Assembly: GCA_963753435.1 (NCBI GenBank) | Contig: CAVWCF010000002.1 | Location: forward strand, 118,410 to 182,409 | Direction of reading: 5' to 3' | Length of the DNA stretch: 64,000 nt | DNA from: an uncultured Actinomycetota bacterium | GTDB lineage: Bacteria; Actinomycetota; Actinomycetes; CAVWCF01 | In this document: positions 9,366 through 19,627 of the stretch, piece after piece | Numbering within the stretch: position 1 is the stretch's first letter | Layout: each line of letters starts with the position of its first letter | Translations under genes and position numbers: made by a program | The notes under the pieces: generated by a model | Seen by the model: only the letters and a program-made list of their open reading frames with translations | Databases searched by the model: none | What the model was told of the DNA's origin: nothing

Positions 9366-9450
9366 GCGGGGACCTTAGTCGGACCCAATTTCGGCCCACG
9401 ACCGACCTAGGTCCCTTCTTGGCCGACGTAGCCCAGGCCCGCCAACGAAC

Positions 9451-9485
9451 GACGGAGGCCCCTGGGGAACCCAGGGGCCTCCGTC
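9451..9485 (-). terminator. intrinsic terminator of glnA
   Basis: Perfect 16-bp stem gacggaggcccctggg-gaa-cccaggggcctccgtc followed by GTTCGTT on the minus strand. Confidence 0.85.
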
Positions 9486-9520
9486 CCGAACAACTCACTG
9501 GTGAGCCGGTCGGCAATCGA

Positions 9521-10945
9521 TCAGATGTCGTAGTACAGCTCGAACTCGTGCGGGTGCGGACGCAGACGGATCGGGTCGACCTCGTTGGTGCGCTTGTAGT
9601 CGATCCAGGTCTCGATCAGGTCCGGCGTGAACACGTCGCCCTCGGTGAGGAACTCGTGGTCGCCCTCGAGTGCGTCCAGCACCGCAGGCAGCGAGCCCGG
9701 CACGGTGCCGATGGCGTCGTGCTCCTCCGGCGGCAGCTCGTACAGGTCCTTGTCGACGGGCTCCGGCGGCTCGATCTTGTTCTTGATGCCGTCGAGCCCA
9801 GCCATCAGCATCGCCGAGAAGGCCAGGTACGGGTTGCTGGACGGGTCCGGCACCCGGAACTCGATCCGCTTGGCCTTCGGCGAGGTGCCGGTGACCGGGA
9901 TGCGCACGGCTGCGGACCGGTTGCGCTGGCTGTAGACCAGGTTCACCGGGGCCTCGAAGCCTGGCACCAGGCGGTGGTAGGAGTTCACCGTCGGGTTGGT
10001 GAAGGCCAGCAGGCTCGGCGCGTGCTTGAGCAGACCGCCGATGTACCAGCGGGCGGTGTCGGACAGGCCGGCATAGCCGAGCTCGTCGTAGAACAGCGGC
10101 TCGCCGTTCTTCCAGATGCTCTGGTGGGCGTGCATGCCGGAGCCGTTGTCGCCGAATAGCGGCTTCGGCATGAAGGTCGCCGATTTGCCAGCAGCCCAGG
10201 CGACGTTCTTGATGATGTACTTGAACTTCATCAGGTCGTCGGCGGAGTGCAGCAGGCTGTTGAACTGGTAGTTGATCTCGGCCTGTCCGGCGGTGCCGAC
10301 CTCGTGGTGGGCTCGCTCGACCTTCAGGCCGACCTCGATCAGCGTCTTGGACATGACGTCACGCAGGTCGGCGTAGTGGTCGACCGGCGGGACCGGGAAG
10401 TAGCCGCCCTTGTAGCGGGTCTTGTAACCGCGGTTGCCGCCCTCTTCCTCGCGGCCGGTGTTCCACGCGCCCTCGATGGAGTCGATGTAGTAGTACCCGG
10501 CGTTGGTCTTGGTCTCGAAGCGGACGTCGTCGAAGACGTAGAACTCCGCTTCCGGACCGAAGTAGGCGGTGTCACCGATCCCGGTGCTGTTCAGGTAGGC
10601 CTCCGCCTTCGCGGCGATGTTGCGCGGGTCGCGGCTGTAGGCCTCGTCCGTGAACGGGTCCCGGATGGAGAAGTTCAGCGCAAGCGTCTTCTCCGTCCGG
10701 AACGGGTCCACGAACGCGGTGGCCGCATCCGGAACCAGCTTCATGTCGGACTCGTGGATGGCCTGGAAACCACGGATCGACGACCCGTCGAACATCAGAC
10801 CTTCGTTGAACGTGTCCGCGGAGAACGACTCGACCGGAACGTTGAAGTGCTGCATGACACCCGGCAAGTCGCAGAACCGGACGTCGATGAACTGCACTCC
10901 CTCGTCCTTGACGAACTTCAGGAGCTCATCGGCGTTGGAGAACAT
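9521..10945 (-). CDS. glnA: glutamine synthetase I (GSI-beta)
   Basis: [50 protein letters not shown], adenylylation motif [12 protein letters not shown]-terminal [13 protein letters not shown]. Confidence 0.97.
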   Translation of the reverse strand: MFSNADELLKFVKDEGVQFIDVRFCDLPGVMQHFNVPVESFSADTFNEGLMFDGSSIRGFQAIHESDMKLVPDAATAFVDPFRTEKTLALNFSIRDPFTDEAYSRDPRNIAAKAEAYLNSTGIGDTAYFGPEAEFYVFDDVRFETKTNAGYYYIDSIEGAWNTGREEEGGNRGYKTRYKGGYFPVPPVDHYADLRDVMSKTLIEVGLKVERAHHEVGTAGQAEINYQFNSLLHSADDLMKFKYIIKNVAWAAGKSATFMPKPLFGDNGSGMHAHQSIWKNGEPLFYDELGYAGLSDTARWYIGGLLKHAPSLLAFTNPTVNSYHRLVPGFEAPVNLVYSQRNRSAAVRIPVTGTSPKAKRIEFRVPDPSSNPYLAFSAMLMAGLDGIKNKIEPPEPVDKDLYELPPEEHDAIGTVPGSLPAVLDALEGDHEFLTEGDVFTPDLIETWIDYKRTNEVDPIRLRPHPHEFELYYDI

Positions 10946-11012
10946 TCACCCTCCCTTTATGCAACGGCCCGGTTGGACCGCTGAGTGAATGCCGTGACCG
11001 TAGGTAGCGGCG

Positions 11013-11050
11013 GTTTCCCGTCGGTGTCCCGTTTGTTTCGCTGGCGTTAC
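11013..11050 (-). promoter_or_regulatory. full GlnR box upstream of glnA
   Basis: Minus strand reads GTAAC-n6-GAAAC-n6-GACAC-n6-GAAAC, the a-b-a-b GlnR consensus. Confidence 0.9.
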
Positions 11051-11107
11051 GCGCCCACCAGCCACCCCCGAAGTGCCACCTTTGCGCGTGGGAGTCAGAC
11101 TGGAGTC

Positions 11108-11659
11108 GTGGCCAATGACCCGGATTCCGGTAACGGCGCCGCTGGCGAATCCGGCCGAGGCCGGGGCTTTAGCCGTGCTGACATCGCGTCGTGGCTGGAG
11201 GGGCCGGGTGCGGCCGCCCGGGCCGCCGGCGTCGAGTTCGGCTACCGCGGCCAGCGACTGGGCCTGCCCGAGACGGGTCCGGGATCGGTTGGCGGCGTGG
11301 GGCGTCGGGTCGGGGCGCTGTTCCTCGACTGGTTCGCGGCGCTGTTCGTGACCCTGCTCGTGGCCTCGCCGCTGCGGTTGGACGCGAACTCAGATACCGC
11401 AACGGCCATCACCCGGGAATGGGCGACGCTGATCGTCTTTGCGGTAACCGTCTGGCTCGGGCTGACCTTGGCGTCCACGACCCTGGGCAAGCGGCTGCTG
11501 CGACTTCAGGTGGTGCGTGTTGACGGCACCCGGATCGGCGCCGGTCGCGCCGCCATCCGAACGCTGTTGCTGTGTCTGGTGATCCCGGCACTGATCTGGG
11601 ACCGCGATGGTCGCGGCCTGCACGACAAGGCCGTGGGCTCCGTCGTTGTGCGTACCTAG
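11108..11659 (+). CDS. RDD family membrane protein
   Basis: GQRLGLPETGPGS..GRRVGALFLDW, TLGKRLLRLQVV, DRDGRGLHDKAVGS. Divergent from glnA as usual. Confidence 0.88.
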   Translation: MANDPDSGNGAAGESGRGRGFSRADIASWLEGPGAAARAAGVEFGYRGQRLGLPETGPGSVGGVGRRVGALFLDWFAALFVTLLVASPLRLDANSDTATAITREWATLIVFAVTVWLGLTLASTTLGKRLLRLQVVRVDGTRIGAGRAAIRTLLLCLVIPALIWDRDGRGLHDKAVGSVVVRT

Positions 11660-11662
11660 CGG

Positions 11663-12343
11663 TCAGCCGCGGGGCGGGCGGGGCATGCGTGCCCCCTTCG
11701 GGAGCGGACCCTTGGGCATGGACACCGGCTGCTGCATGGAAGCCATCGCCTTGAGCCGCTGGTTGACGTCAGTGACCTGACCTGGCCGCAGCGCCTTCGG
11801 CAACTTGATGACGGCGCGGTTCAGTTTGCGCAAGGTCACCTGGCCGTCGGTGTCGCCGACGACGATCTCGTGGATCGGTACCTCGCCGACCACGCGAGCC
11901 GTGCGGCGAGACTCACTGCGCAGCAGGTTGCTGACCCGGCCGGGGGAGCCTTCGGCGATGAGCACCACCCCCGGACGGCCCACCACGCGGTGCACCACGT
12001 CGTACTGCCGTGTCGCCGCTACCGCCGGTGTCACAGTCCAGCCCCGGCGCAGGGTCCCCAGCACCGCAGCTGCGGCTCCGGGCTTGCCTTCGATCTGGCT
12101 CAGCGCCGCCTTCTCCGCCCGGCGCCCGAACACGAAGGTGGCGAGCAGCAGGCCGATTCCCAGCCCGAACAGCCCCCAGAGCACCGGTCCACCGATGAGC
12201 AGGCCGAACCCCACCCCGGCCAGGATCGGCAGGAGCAGGCAGGCCAGCAGGACCCAACCAATGCGTGGGTCGGCCTGACGGGTGAGGGTGTAGGCGGTGC
12301 GGAGTTGCCGAATTCGGCCCGGCTTCTGTTCTGGGGTGCTCAC
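11663..12343 (-). CDS. DUF4191 family membrane protein
   Basis: Two TM segments, FGRRAEKA..QIEGKPGAA, HRVVGRPGVVLIAEG, MPKGPLP. Downstream of lipA. Confidence 0.85.
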   Translation of the reverse strand: MSTPEQKPGRIRQLRTAYTLTRQADPRIGWVLLACLLLPILAGVGFGLLIGGPVLWGLFGLGIGLLLATFVFGRRAEKAALSQIEGKPGAAAAVLGTLRRGWTVTPAVAATRQYDVVHRVVGRPGVVLIAEGSPGRVSNLLRSESRRTARVVGEVPIHEIVVGDTDGQVTLRKLNRAVIKLPKALRPGQVTDVNQRLKAMASMQQPVSMPKGPLPKGARMPRPPRG

Positions 12344-12352
12344 GCGCCCAGA

Positions 12353-13330
12353 CTACGTGGCCGACCGCGCCGGACCGGTTGGGGCAGCGACCCCGTCAGC
12401 GGCCCCGACGCTGGCCGACCGCGCCGCGGCCGCCTCGCGGTAGAGGCGTCCGGCGCGGTAGGAGGAGCGCACCAGCGGCCCGCTCATCACCCCGGCGAAG
12501 CCCAGGTCCGCGGCAACGGCGGCCCAATGGTCGAACTCGGCCGGTTCCACCCAGCGGGAGATCGGGTGGTGCCGAGCCGACGGCCGCAAGTACTGCGTGA
12601 TGGTGATCAGGTCGCAACCGGCCGCCCGCAAGTCCCGCAGCGCCGTTTCCACCTCCGCGGCCTCCTCGCCCATGCCGAGGATCAGGTTGGACTTCGTCAG
12701 CATCCCGGCCGCCCGGGCGAGCGTGATGACGGAAAGGGAAAGGTCGTAGCTGAACGCCGGGCGGATCCTCTTGAAGACCCGCGGCACCGTCTCCAAGTTG
12801 TGTGCGAAGACCTGCGGTGCCGCATCGAAGACCTGCTGCAGCAGTTCCGGTTTGCCGCTGAAGTCCGGGGTCAGAATCTCCACGCCGGTTTCGGGGTTGA
12901 GACCGTGCACGGCGCGCACCGTCTCGGCGTACAGCCAGGCCCCCTCATCGGGAAGGTCATCGCGCGTGACGCCGGTGATGGTCGCGTATCGCAGCCCCAT
13001 TGACCGCACCGATTCGGCGACGCGACGCGGCTCGTCGACGTCCAGCGGCTGCGGTTTGCCGGTGTCGATCTGGCAGAAGTCGCAGCGTCGGGTGCACTGG
13101 TCCCCGCCGATGAGGAACGTCGCCTCCCGGTCCTCCCAGCATTCGTAGATGTTGGGGCAACCAGCCTCCTGGCAGACGGTGTGCAGCCCCTCGGTCTGCA
13201 CCAGTTCCCGGATCGCGGTGTACTCCGGGCCCATGCGCGCCCGGGTCTTGATCCACTCGGGCTTGCGCTCGATCGGGGTCTGCGCGTTGCGGACCTCAAG
13301 TCGCAGCATGCGCCGTGGTTGATCGGTCAT
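12353..13330 (-). CDS. lipA: lipoyl synthase
   Basis: [12 protein letters not shown] (CX4CX5C), CTRRCDFC radical-SAM motif, RSSY motif. Confidence 0.97.
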   Translation of the reverse strand: MTDQPRRMLRLEVRNAQTPIERKPEWIKTRARMGPEYTAIRELVQTEGLHTVCQEAGCPNIYECWEDREATFLIGGDQCTRRCDFCQIDTGKPQPLDVDEPRRVAESVRSMGLRYATITGVTRDDLPDEGAWLYAETVRAVHGLNPETGVEILTPDFSGKPELLQQVFDAAPQVFAHNLETVPRVFKRIRPAFSYDLSLSVITLARAAGMLTKSNLILGMGEEAAEVETALRDLRAAGCDLITITQYLRPSARHHPISRWVEPAEFDHWAAVAADLGFAGVMSGPLVRSSYRAGRLYREAAAARSASVGAADGVAAPTGPARSAT

Positions 13331-14022
13331 GAGCCGACCGCCTGCGCCGCCACCGGCTCTGGTCGCTGCGACCTGCCAGCGCGTTCGGCCAGGAAGGACT
13401 CCCACCCCTCGTGCAAGTGGGACTCAACTATCGGCAGCGCGTCTGCGACCGCGACGGTTCGCCCCAACTCGGCGGTGAGCGACGTCACGCCGGCATCGGC
13501 GATGCCGCAGGGGACGATCCGTTCGAACGCCGTCAGGTCGCAATCACAGTTCAAGGCGAAGCCATGCATCGTGACCCCACTGGCCACGCGCACGCCGATC
13601 GCGGCCACCTTCCGTGCCGGACCGCGGGAGTCGGCATCTACCCAAACCCCGCTGCGGCCGACCACCCGGACGGTAGGAAGCCCGAAGTCGGCGCAGGATC
13701 GAATCAGCACGTCCTCCAGGAACCGCACGTAGGCGACGACGTCCACCGGGTCGGGCAACCGCACGATGGGGTAGCCGACCAACTGGCCTGGTCCATGCCA
13801 GGTGATCTTGCCGCCGCGGTCCACATCTACCACGGGGGTGCCGTCGGTTGGCCGCTCCAACGGGTGCGTGCGCTTGCCGGCGGTGTAGACGGGCTGGTGC
13901 TCCAGCAGCAGCAGTTGATTCTCCGCACCGTCGGCAACCTCAGCGTGGGTGCGCCGCTGCTGCGCCCACGCCTCCGGATAGGCCACGGCCTCGTGAGCCA
14001 GACCTAGGACGGTGGTGCGCAT
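13327..14022 (-). CDS. lipB: lipoyl(octanoyl) transferase
   Basis: [50 protein letters not shown]. Confidence 0.96.
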   Translation of the reverse strand: MRTTVLGLAHEAVAYPEAWAQQRRTHAEVADGAENQLLLLEHQPVYTAGKRTHPLERPTDGTPVVDVDRGGKITWHGPGQLVGYPIVRLPDPVDVVAYVRFLEDVLIRSCADFGLPTVRVVGRSGVWVDADSRGPARKVAAIGVRVASGVTMHGFALNCDCDLTAFERIVPCGIADAGVTSLTAELGRTVAVADALPIVESHLHEGWESFLAERAGRSQRPEPVAAQAVGS

Positions 14023-14031
14023 CACCCCACC

Positions 14032-14769
14032 CTAAGCGCTGTCGCGCACCCGCCCTGGACGCAGCCGGGTCTCCACCACCTGGCCGCCGACCAGGTCCAC
14101 GCGGTAGGCGGCCGGGCCCGTCTCAGGGTCGTATTCCTCGTCGGTGAACACGGCAACCGCCTCGGTGCCTTCGTAGAGCACGCCGACCCGATCGTCGGTG
14201 GCATAACTGGTGGGCAGCGTTCCGTCCGCCACGAGGGAGTGCAGCAGTGGGCGGCGCTGCTTCTCGGAGTCGTAGTGAACCCCGTTGCCGTACGGCAGCA
14301 GCCCTAGACCGTTGGTCACCGGCTGCAACTTCGGTCCGAAGGAGTCGGTCGGACCACCCACATGCCAGCAGATCGACCCGGCGCTCACCCCGCCGAGCAC
14401 GGTGCCTCCTTGCCAGGCCTCGGCCAGCAACTGTGGCAGCCCGTGCACCGACCACACCGCCAACAGGTTCGCGACCGAGCCGCCGCCGACCCAGATGAGG
14501 TCAGCCCCGAGCAGTTGTTCGGCGGGATCGGCGTTCGGCTGGGGGAACAGTTCCAAGTGGGTCACTTCAGCAAGCGGGGCCAACGCGGCATAGCGACGGT
14601 GGTAGGTCGGTCGGTCATCGCCCCCGGCGGTCTCCAGCAGGCACACCCGGGGTCGGTCCTTGCCGGTGAGTCGCAGGGCTTCCAGGACGAGCCCGCCCGG
14701 TCGGGACACGAGCCAGCGCTCGGTGGGCAGGAACCCGCCGGAGGTCGCCAGGATGCGCGGAGTGGGCAT
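14032..14769 (-). CDS. peptidase E (S51) family protein
   Basis: WVGGGSVANLL, GVSAGSICW nucleophile elbow, GVHYDSE. Confidence 0.85.
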   Translation of the reverse strand: MPTPRILATSGGFLPTERWLVSRPGGLVLEALRLTGKDRPRVCLLETAGGDDRPTYHRRYAALAPLAEVTHLELFPQPNADPAEQLLGADLIWVGGGSVANLLAVWSVHGLPQLLAEAWQGGTVLGGVSAGSICWHVGGPTDSFGPKLQPVTNGLGLLPYGNGVHYDSEKQRRPLLHSLVADGTLPTSYATDDRVGVLYEGTEAVAVFTDEEYDPETGPAAYRVDLVGGQVVETRLRPGRVRDSA

Positions 14770-14774
14770 CCGCC

Positions 14775-16073
14775 TCAGCCCTGGACTCGGTGCGGCAGCG
14801 GCTCGGGGTTCGGGAGTCGAATCGGCGCCTGGAGCACCGCTTCGGCGGCCCGGCGGCCCGAAACCATCGCCCCCTGAAGCGAACCGGAGTCGCGGTGGTC
14901 GCCGGCGATGAAGATCCCGTCACCCAACGCCACCGGCAGCTGGAAATCGTGCGGCGGCGGCATCGCGGGTAGGGCGTAGTCGATGGCGTAGGTGCCGACC
15001 AGGTCCCAGGAGGACGCGTCAGCACCCAGCAGGCGGCGCAGGTGCCGCCGCACTGATTCGATCGTGGCGGCATCGGTCTTCGTCCCCAGCAGCGTCGCGG
15101 CGACCAGGCTGCGGCTGCTTGGTGAGTAGCCGGGGGCGGCGTTGCTGATGACCACAGCGTTGATCAAAGGGCCGCGTCGGTGCCCGTCAACTACGAGGAT
15201 CGGCTCGCCGCCGGTCAGGGGGCCGGCAGCGGACAAGAAGTACAGCGTCGTGCAAGCGCGTCCTTCGGGTACAGCGAGCCCGGGCAGCAGCACGGCCGCC
15301 TGCGTGGGATCCGTGGCCACCACCACTGCGGCGGCGCGCACTGAACCGTCGTCGGTGTGGACCGTCGTGCCATCAAGTCGCCGAACCGGACTGTTCAGCC
15401 GCACGTCCGCGCAGCCGGCGGCCAGTTGCTCGGGAATCCGCTGCATGCCGCGTTCGGGCACGCCCGGGGTCGCCCGAAGGAACGTCCTGAGGACGAAGTC
15501 GGCGAAGCGCCTGGACGTATCCAGTTCGGATTCCAGGAACACGCCGGCAAAGAACGGGCGCAGCAGCCGCTCGATCGCGCCTTCGGACACCCCCATTTCC
15601 GCCAAAGCCGCGGCCGTCGAAGCGTCCGGCTCGGCCGCGAGCTGCGACCCCTCCGATTGCAGCGCTCGAGTGGCCCAACGAAGCAGGATGGCAGCGTCCC
15701 GCGGGCCAAGGACCCCGCTGAGCGCGGACTCAAGGAGTCGGCGCTGATCCCGGCGGGGATCAAGGAGCCGATAGCGGCGAGTTCGCCCATTGGCGTCGTC
15801 CAGGGCCACCGCAATGCCGGGCGCCAGCGGCTGCAGCCGGAGAGCGTCCAGGTCCAGCACGCGCCGCCCCTCGGGGTAGGCGGGGTTGTAGACCTGAAAG
15901 CCGCGGTCCAACAACAGCCCGTCGACCTCATCGGTGCGCACGCGTCCGCCCACGGCGTCGCCGGCCTCCAGGACGAGGACTTCGCGGCCGGCACGAGTCA
16001 GATGCCCGGCTGCGGCCAGCCCGGAGATGCCCGCGCCGATCACGACGGTGTCGACGAACGCAGGAAGCGGCAT
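14775..16073 (-). CDS. FAD-dependent oxidoreductase (flavin amine oxidase-like family)
   Basis: GAGISGLAAA..LEA..VGGRVRT..LDRGFQV and C-terminal AGDHRDSGSLQGAMVSGRRAA. Confidence 0.85.
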   Translation of the reverse strand: MPLPAFVDTVVIGAGISGLAAAGHLTRAGREVLVLEAGDAVGGRVRTDEVDGLLLDRGFQVYNPAYPEGRRVLDLDALRLQPLAPGIAVALDDANGRTRRYRLLDPRRDQRRLLESALSGVLGPRDAAILLRWATRALQSEGSQLAAEPDASTAAALAEMGVSEGAIERLLRPFFAGVFLESELDTSRRFADFVLRTFLRATPGVPERGMQRIPEQLAAGCADVRLNSPVRRLDGTTVHTDDGSVRAAAVVVATDPTQAAVLLPGLAVPEGRACTTLYFLSAAGPLTGGEPILVVDGHRRGPLINAVVISNAAPGYSPSSRSLVAATLLGTKTDAATIESVRRHLRRLLGADASSWDLVGTYAIDYALPAMPPPHDFQLPVALGDGIFIAGDHRDSGSLQGAMVSGRRAAEAVLQAPIRLPNPEPLPHRVQG

Positions 16074-16158
16074 GCCGTGACGCTACTGCGGCCACCGACT
16101 GCTCGCCCTGTGGATGGCGTCCCACGGCCTTCACCCGATCGGGGCATGCTCCGCGGCC

Positions 16159-16760
16159 ATGTCCACTCTGACGCGTCCGCAACGCTCGGCCACAACTACT
16201 GGAGGATGGCGGCGCCGAGTTGTGGGTGCGCTGCTGGTCGGTGCCGTGATCAGCGCCGGGGTGGCCGTCGGCGTCGGTTTGTCAGCGTCGCCCGGATCCC
16301 CGGAGGCGCTGCCCGTTGCCGCGCCCGGATCCGATGGGCCGGTTTCGATGCGGGCGGAGCCACCTCCGTCGACTGGGCCGAGGTGGTGGCCGACCTGGAC
16401 CTGGCTCGAGATCTGGCCCTACGCAACGGCAACCCAGCGGCCATCGCCAACTACGCCGCCGCCGGCTCACCTGCCGCGGCCGCGGACGAGGCGCTGCTGC
16501 AGCAGGTCCGGTCCGCATCCTTGCGTCCGTCGCCGGTCCTTCCGGAGTTGAGCGATGTTGAAGCACTGGAAGTCGCTGCCGAGGAAGTGCGATTGCGCGT
16601 GAGTGACCGGCTCCCGGCCGTGTCGTGGATCGGCGCGGATGGAGTGGCGGCGGCAACGCAGGAGGTAAGGGAGCTGAGCACCTGGTTGGTCAGTCTGCGC
16701 TGGGTTGAGGGGCGCTGGCTGCTCTGGGACGTGAGCGCGGAAGCAGCAGGTGCTCGCTAG
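16159..16760 (+). pseudogene. membrane-anchored hypothetical protein split by a frameshift near 16340-16370 (possibly an assembly error)
   Basis: One frame gives MSTLTRP...WRRRVVGALLVGAVISAGVAVG (TM). A second frame continues VDWAEVVADLDLARD...GSPAAAADEALL...RLRVSDRL...WLVSLRWVEGRWLLWDV. Confidence 0.55.
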
Positions 16761-17665
16761 GCGTTGCTGAGTGCCTGGTCTATGACGGCCGTCGCGTCCT
16801 TGTCGGCGAATGCGAACCCGGCGTCGGTGAGCCGCTTCGGAACTACTTCGAATGAACCCAGGACGTCGTCGGCGAAGTCGCCCAGGACGAGCCGAAGCGC
16901 GAACTTCGGTACTGGGGCGATGGTTGGCCTGTGGATCGCTTTCCCCAAAAGGCGCGTGAACTCGCCGTTGGTGGTCGGCTCGGGGGCGGAGACGTTGTAT
17001 GGGCCGTTGGCGTCCTCTTGCTCCAGGAGGAAGCGCAGGGCGCGGACAACGTCGCGGAGGGAGACGACGCTCCAGACAGACTTCCCGCCGGCGAGAGGGC
17101 CCAGGAGGCCGGCCTTGCCCAGCGGCAGTAGGCGCCGACCGAAGGTGCTGCCGGAGGCGTCCATCACCAGTGCAAGGCGGGGGAGTACGACTCGGACCCC
17201 GGCCGCGGCCGCTGCCTGTGCGGCCGCCTCCTTGTCGACGATGATGCCGGCGGCGAAGTCGGAACCGGCGGGTGATTCCTCGGTGAGCTGCCCGCCGCCG
17301 TTGTCGAGTCCGTAGTAGCCCATGGCCCCGACGCTGATGAGGACCGCGGGCCTGGGGTCGGCAGCGACAGCGAGTTCGGCTGTCGCGCGAGCCGCAGCAA
17401 CGTGGCTGTCGTGCAAGGTGCGCTTGTATGAATCGGTCCACCGCTTGTCGCCGATGCCGGCGCCGGCGAGGTTGACGATGGCGTCAACGGGGCCAAGCGA
17501 CTGCGGGTCTACACCTCCGGCCGGCTGGTGCACGTCCCAGGACACCTCGTCCGGTGCGCTTGCGGGTCGGCGCACCAGCCGAACGACTTGATGCCCATCG
17601 GCGGTCAGCGAATCGACCAGCGCCGACCCGACGAAGCCGCTGGAACCAGCGATGGCAATGCGCAT
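16757..17665 (-). CDS. TIGR01777 family NAD-dependent epimerase-like oxidoreductase
   Basis: IAGSSGFVGSAL, NLAGAGIGDKRWT, GPYNVSAPEP, PKRL..GFAF. Downstream of sucB. Confidence 0.88.
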   Translation of the reverse strand: MRIAIAGSSGFVGSALVDSLTADGHQVVRLVRRPASAPDEVSWDVHQPAGGVDPQSLGPVDAIVNLAGAGIGDKRWTDSYKRTLHDSHVAAARATAELAVAADPRPAVLISVGAMGYYGLDNGGGQLTEESPAGSDFAAGIIVDKEAAAQAAAAAGVRVVLPRLALVMDASGSTFGRRLLPLGKAGLLGPLAGGKSVWSVVSLRDVVRALRFLLEQEDANGPYNVSAPEPTTNGEFTRLLGKAIHRPTIAPVPKFALRLVLGDFADDVLGSFEVVPKRLTDAGFAFADKDATAVIDQALSNA

Positions 17666-17711
17666 ACGACGAGTCTTGCGGAAGCGGGCGCTTTCGGCAC
17701 TGCGAAGGTGC

Positions 17712-19601
17712 CTAGTAGCCGAGCTCCGCCTCGAAACGGCCTTCCTCGAGGCGCTTCTGAACAGTTACCAGGAAGCGTGCGGCGTCGGCACCGTCAACGA
17801 GGCGGTGGTCGTACGTCAACGCGAGGAATGCCATCGACCGAATTGCGATCGAGTCGGTTCCGGTGTCGTCGGTGACAACCACCGGACGCTTGACGACGGC
17901 CCCGGTCCCAAGGATGCCGACCTGAGGCTGATTGAGGATGGGGGTGTCGAACAGCGCGCCGCGCGAACCCGTGTTGGTCAGGGTGAACGTGCCGCCGGAC
18001 AGTTCATCCGGGGACACCTGGCCGGTGCGAGTTCGCTCGGCCAGGTCGGCGATACGCCGCGCCAGTCCCGCAATGTTCAGTTCGCCGGCGTTCTGGATGA
18101 CGGGAACCAGCAGTCCGCGCTCGGTGTCGACGGCGATGCCCAGGTGCTCTGCTGCGTGGTACGTCACCGTCCCGTTGTCAGCGTCCAGCGTTGAGTTCAA
18201 CTTCGGATGGGCCTTGAGGGCCTCCGCAGTGGCCTTCGCGAAGAACGGCAGGAAGGAGAGCTTGACGCCTTCCTGCTGCAGGAACTGAGCCTTGACGCGG
18301 TCACGCAACCGCGCGATCTTCGTCACGTCCACTTCGACCACAGTGGTTAGTTGCGCCGAGGTCTGCAGCGACTCGACCATGCGCTGCGCGATGACCTTGC
18401 GCAGACGGCTGACCTGCTCGGTGGTGCCGCGGACCCGGGCCGCTTCGGCCGGAACGGGGATCGCCGCTGCTGGGGCCGCTGCCGGAGCGGCAGCCGGCGT
18501 CGCGGCCGGCGGTGCTGCTGCCTGCAACGCCTTTGCCGCGTCCAGAACGTCCTGCTTGCGAACGCGCCCGCCGACGCCGGTGCCGACGATGGTCGCCAGG
18601 TCCACGCCGTTCTCGGCGGCCAGCTTGCGCACCAACGGTGTCACGTAGGTGCCGCCGTCGACGCCGCCACTGGCGGCCGCAACTGCCGGCGCCGCGGTAA
18701 CCGGGGATGCCGGCGCTGGAGCTGGTGCTGCCGGTGGTGCCGGGGGTGCTGCGGCCGGAGCCGGTGCTGGGGGTGCCGGGGGAGCCGGGGCAGGGGCGGC
18801 CGGCGGGGTCAAGAGCGAGGGAGCCGGTCGCGATGCCGGGGGCTCCACCGGTGGTGCGGGGGCTTCCGGTGCCGGCGGAGCCGCTGGGGCTGCCGCCACT
18901 GCGGGCGCCGCGGATCCGACGGCGATGAGGCCCAACTGACCGCCGACGACGACAACGCCATCGGGCTCAACGGTGATCTCCGCGAGAACCCCCGCAACCG
19001 GCGACGGAATCTCGGTGTCGACCTTGTCGGTGGACACCTCCAGCAGCGGCTCATCGGCAGCGACGGTGTCACCGATCGACTTCAGCCACCGGGTGACGGT
19101 GCCTTCGGTGACCGACTCGCCCAGCGGCGGCAGCAGCACCGGTGTCGACGCGGCCCCGCCGCCAGCGGATGGCGCCGGCGCAGCGACAGGTTCTGCCGCG
19201 GGCGCCACAGCCGGTGGCGCGGCGGGTGCCGGTGGCGACTCGGCCAGAGCCGAGAGCGCAGCCGAGGCGTCCTGAGCCAGGGACTCTGCGGTGGGAGGAG
19301 CGGGCGCGGGCGGCTCCGGTGCGACCGGGGCGGCCGGGGTCGCCGGGGCAGCCCCTGCTTCGCTCGCATCGCCGATCAGGGCCAACTCCTCACCGACCTG
19401 AACCACCTGGTCCTCCGCAGCGACGATGCGCAACAGCACGCCGGCGGCGGGGGACGGGATCTCGGTGTCGACCTTGTCGGTGGACACCTCCAGCAGCGGT
19501 TCGTCCGCGGCGACGGTGTCGCCCTCGGACTTCAGCCACCGGGTCACTGTTCCCTCGGTGACGCTCTCGCCCAGTTGGGGCATGGGCACGGAGATGGCCA
19601 T
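17712..19601 (-). CDS. sucB: 2-oxoacid dehydrogenase E2 dihydrolipoamide acyltransferase with two lipoyl domains (SucB/DlaT)
   Basis: Two [14 protein letters not shown] lipoyl motifs, E3-binding [20 protein letters not shown], catalytic [17 protein letters not shown]. Confidence 0.95.
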   Translation of the reverse strand: MAISVPMPQLGESVTEGTVTRWLKSEGDTVAADEPLLEVSTDKVDTEIPSPAAGVLLRIVAAEDQVVQVGEELALIGDASEAGAAPATPAAPVAPEPPAPAPPTAESLAQDASAALSALAESPPAPAAPPAVAPAAEPVAAPAPSAGGGAASTPVLLPPLGESVTEGTVTRWLKSIGDTVAADEPLLEVSTDKVDTEIPSPVAGVLAEITVEPDGVVVVGGQLGLIAVGSAAPAVAAAPAAPPAPEAPAPPVEPPASRPAPSLLTPPAAPAPAPPAPPAPAPAAAPPAPPAAPAPAPASPVTAAPAVAAASGGVDGGTYVTPLVRKLAAENGVDLATIVGTGVGGRVRKQDVLDAAKALQAAAPPAATPAAAPAAAPAAAIPVPAEAARVRGTTEQVSRLRKVIAQRMVESLQTSAQLTTVVEVDVTKIARLRDRVKAQFLQQEGVKLSFLPFFAKATAEALKAHPKLNSTLDADNGTVTYHAAEHLGIAVDTERGLLVPVIQNAGELNIAGLARRIADLAERTRTGQVSPDELSGGTFTLTNTGSRGALFDTPILNQPQVGILGTGAVVKRPVVVTDDTGTDSIAIRSMAFLALTYDHRLVDGADAARFLVTVQKRLEEGRFEAELGY

Positions 19602-19627
19602 CAGCGCTGCGCTTCCTTTCGCCTGGG

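Noticed and set aside
18660-18920. Very GC-rich low-complexity stretch
   Set aside because: Encodes the Ala/Pro linker of the E2 subunit.
19009-19499. 41-bp exact repeat at 19009-19049 and 19459-19499
   Set aside because: It is the conserved core of the two lipoyl domains of SucB, a normal internal duplication.
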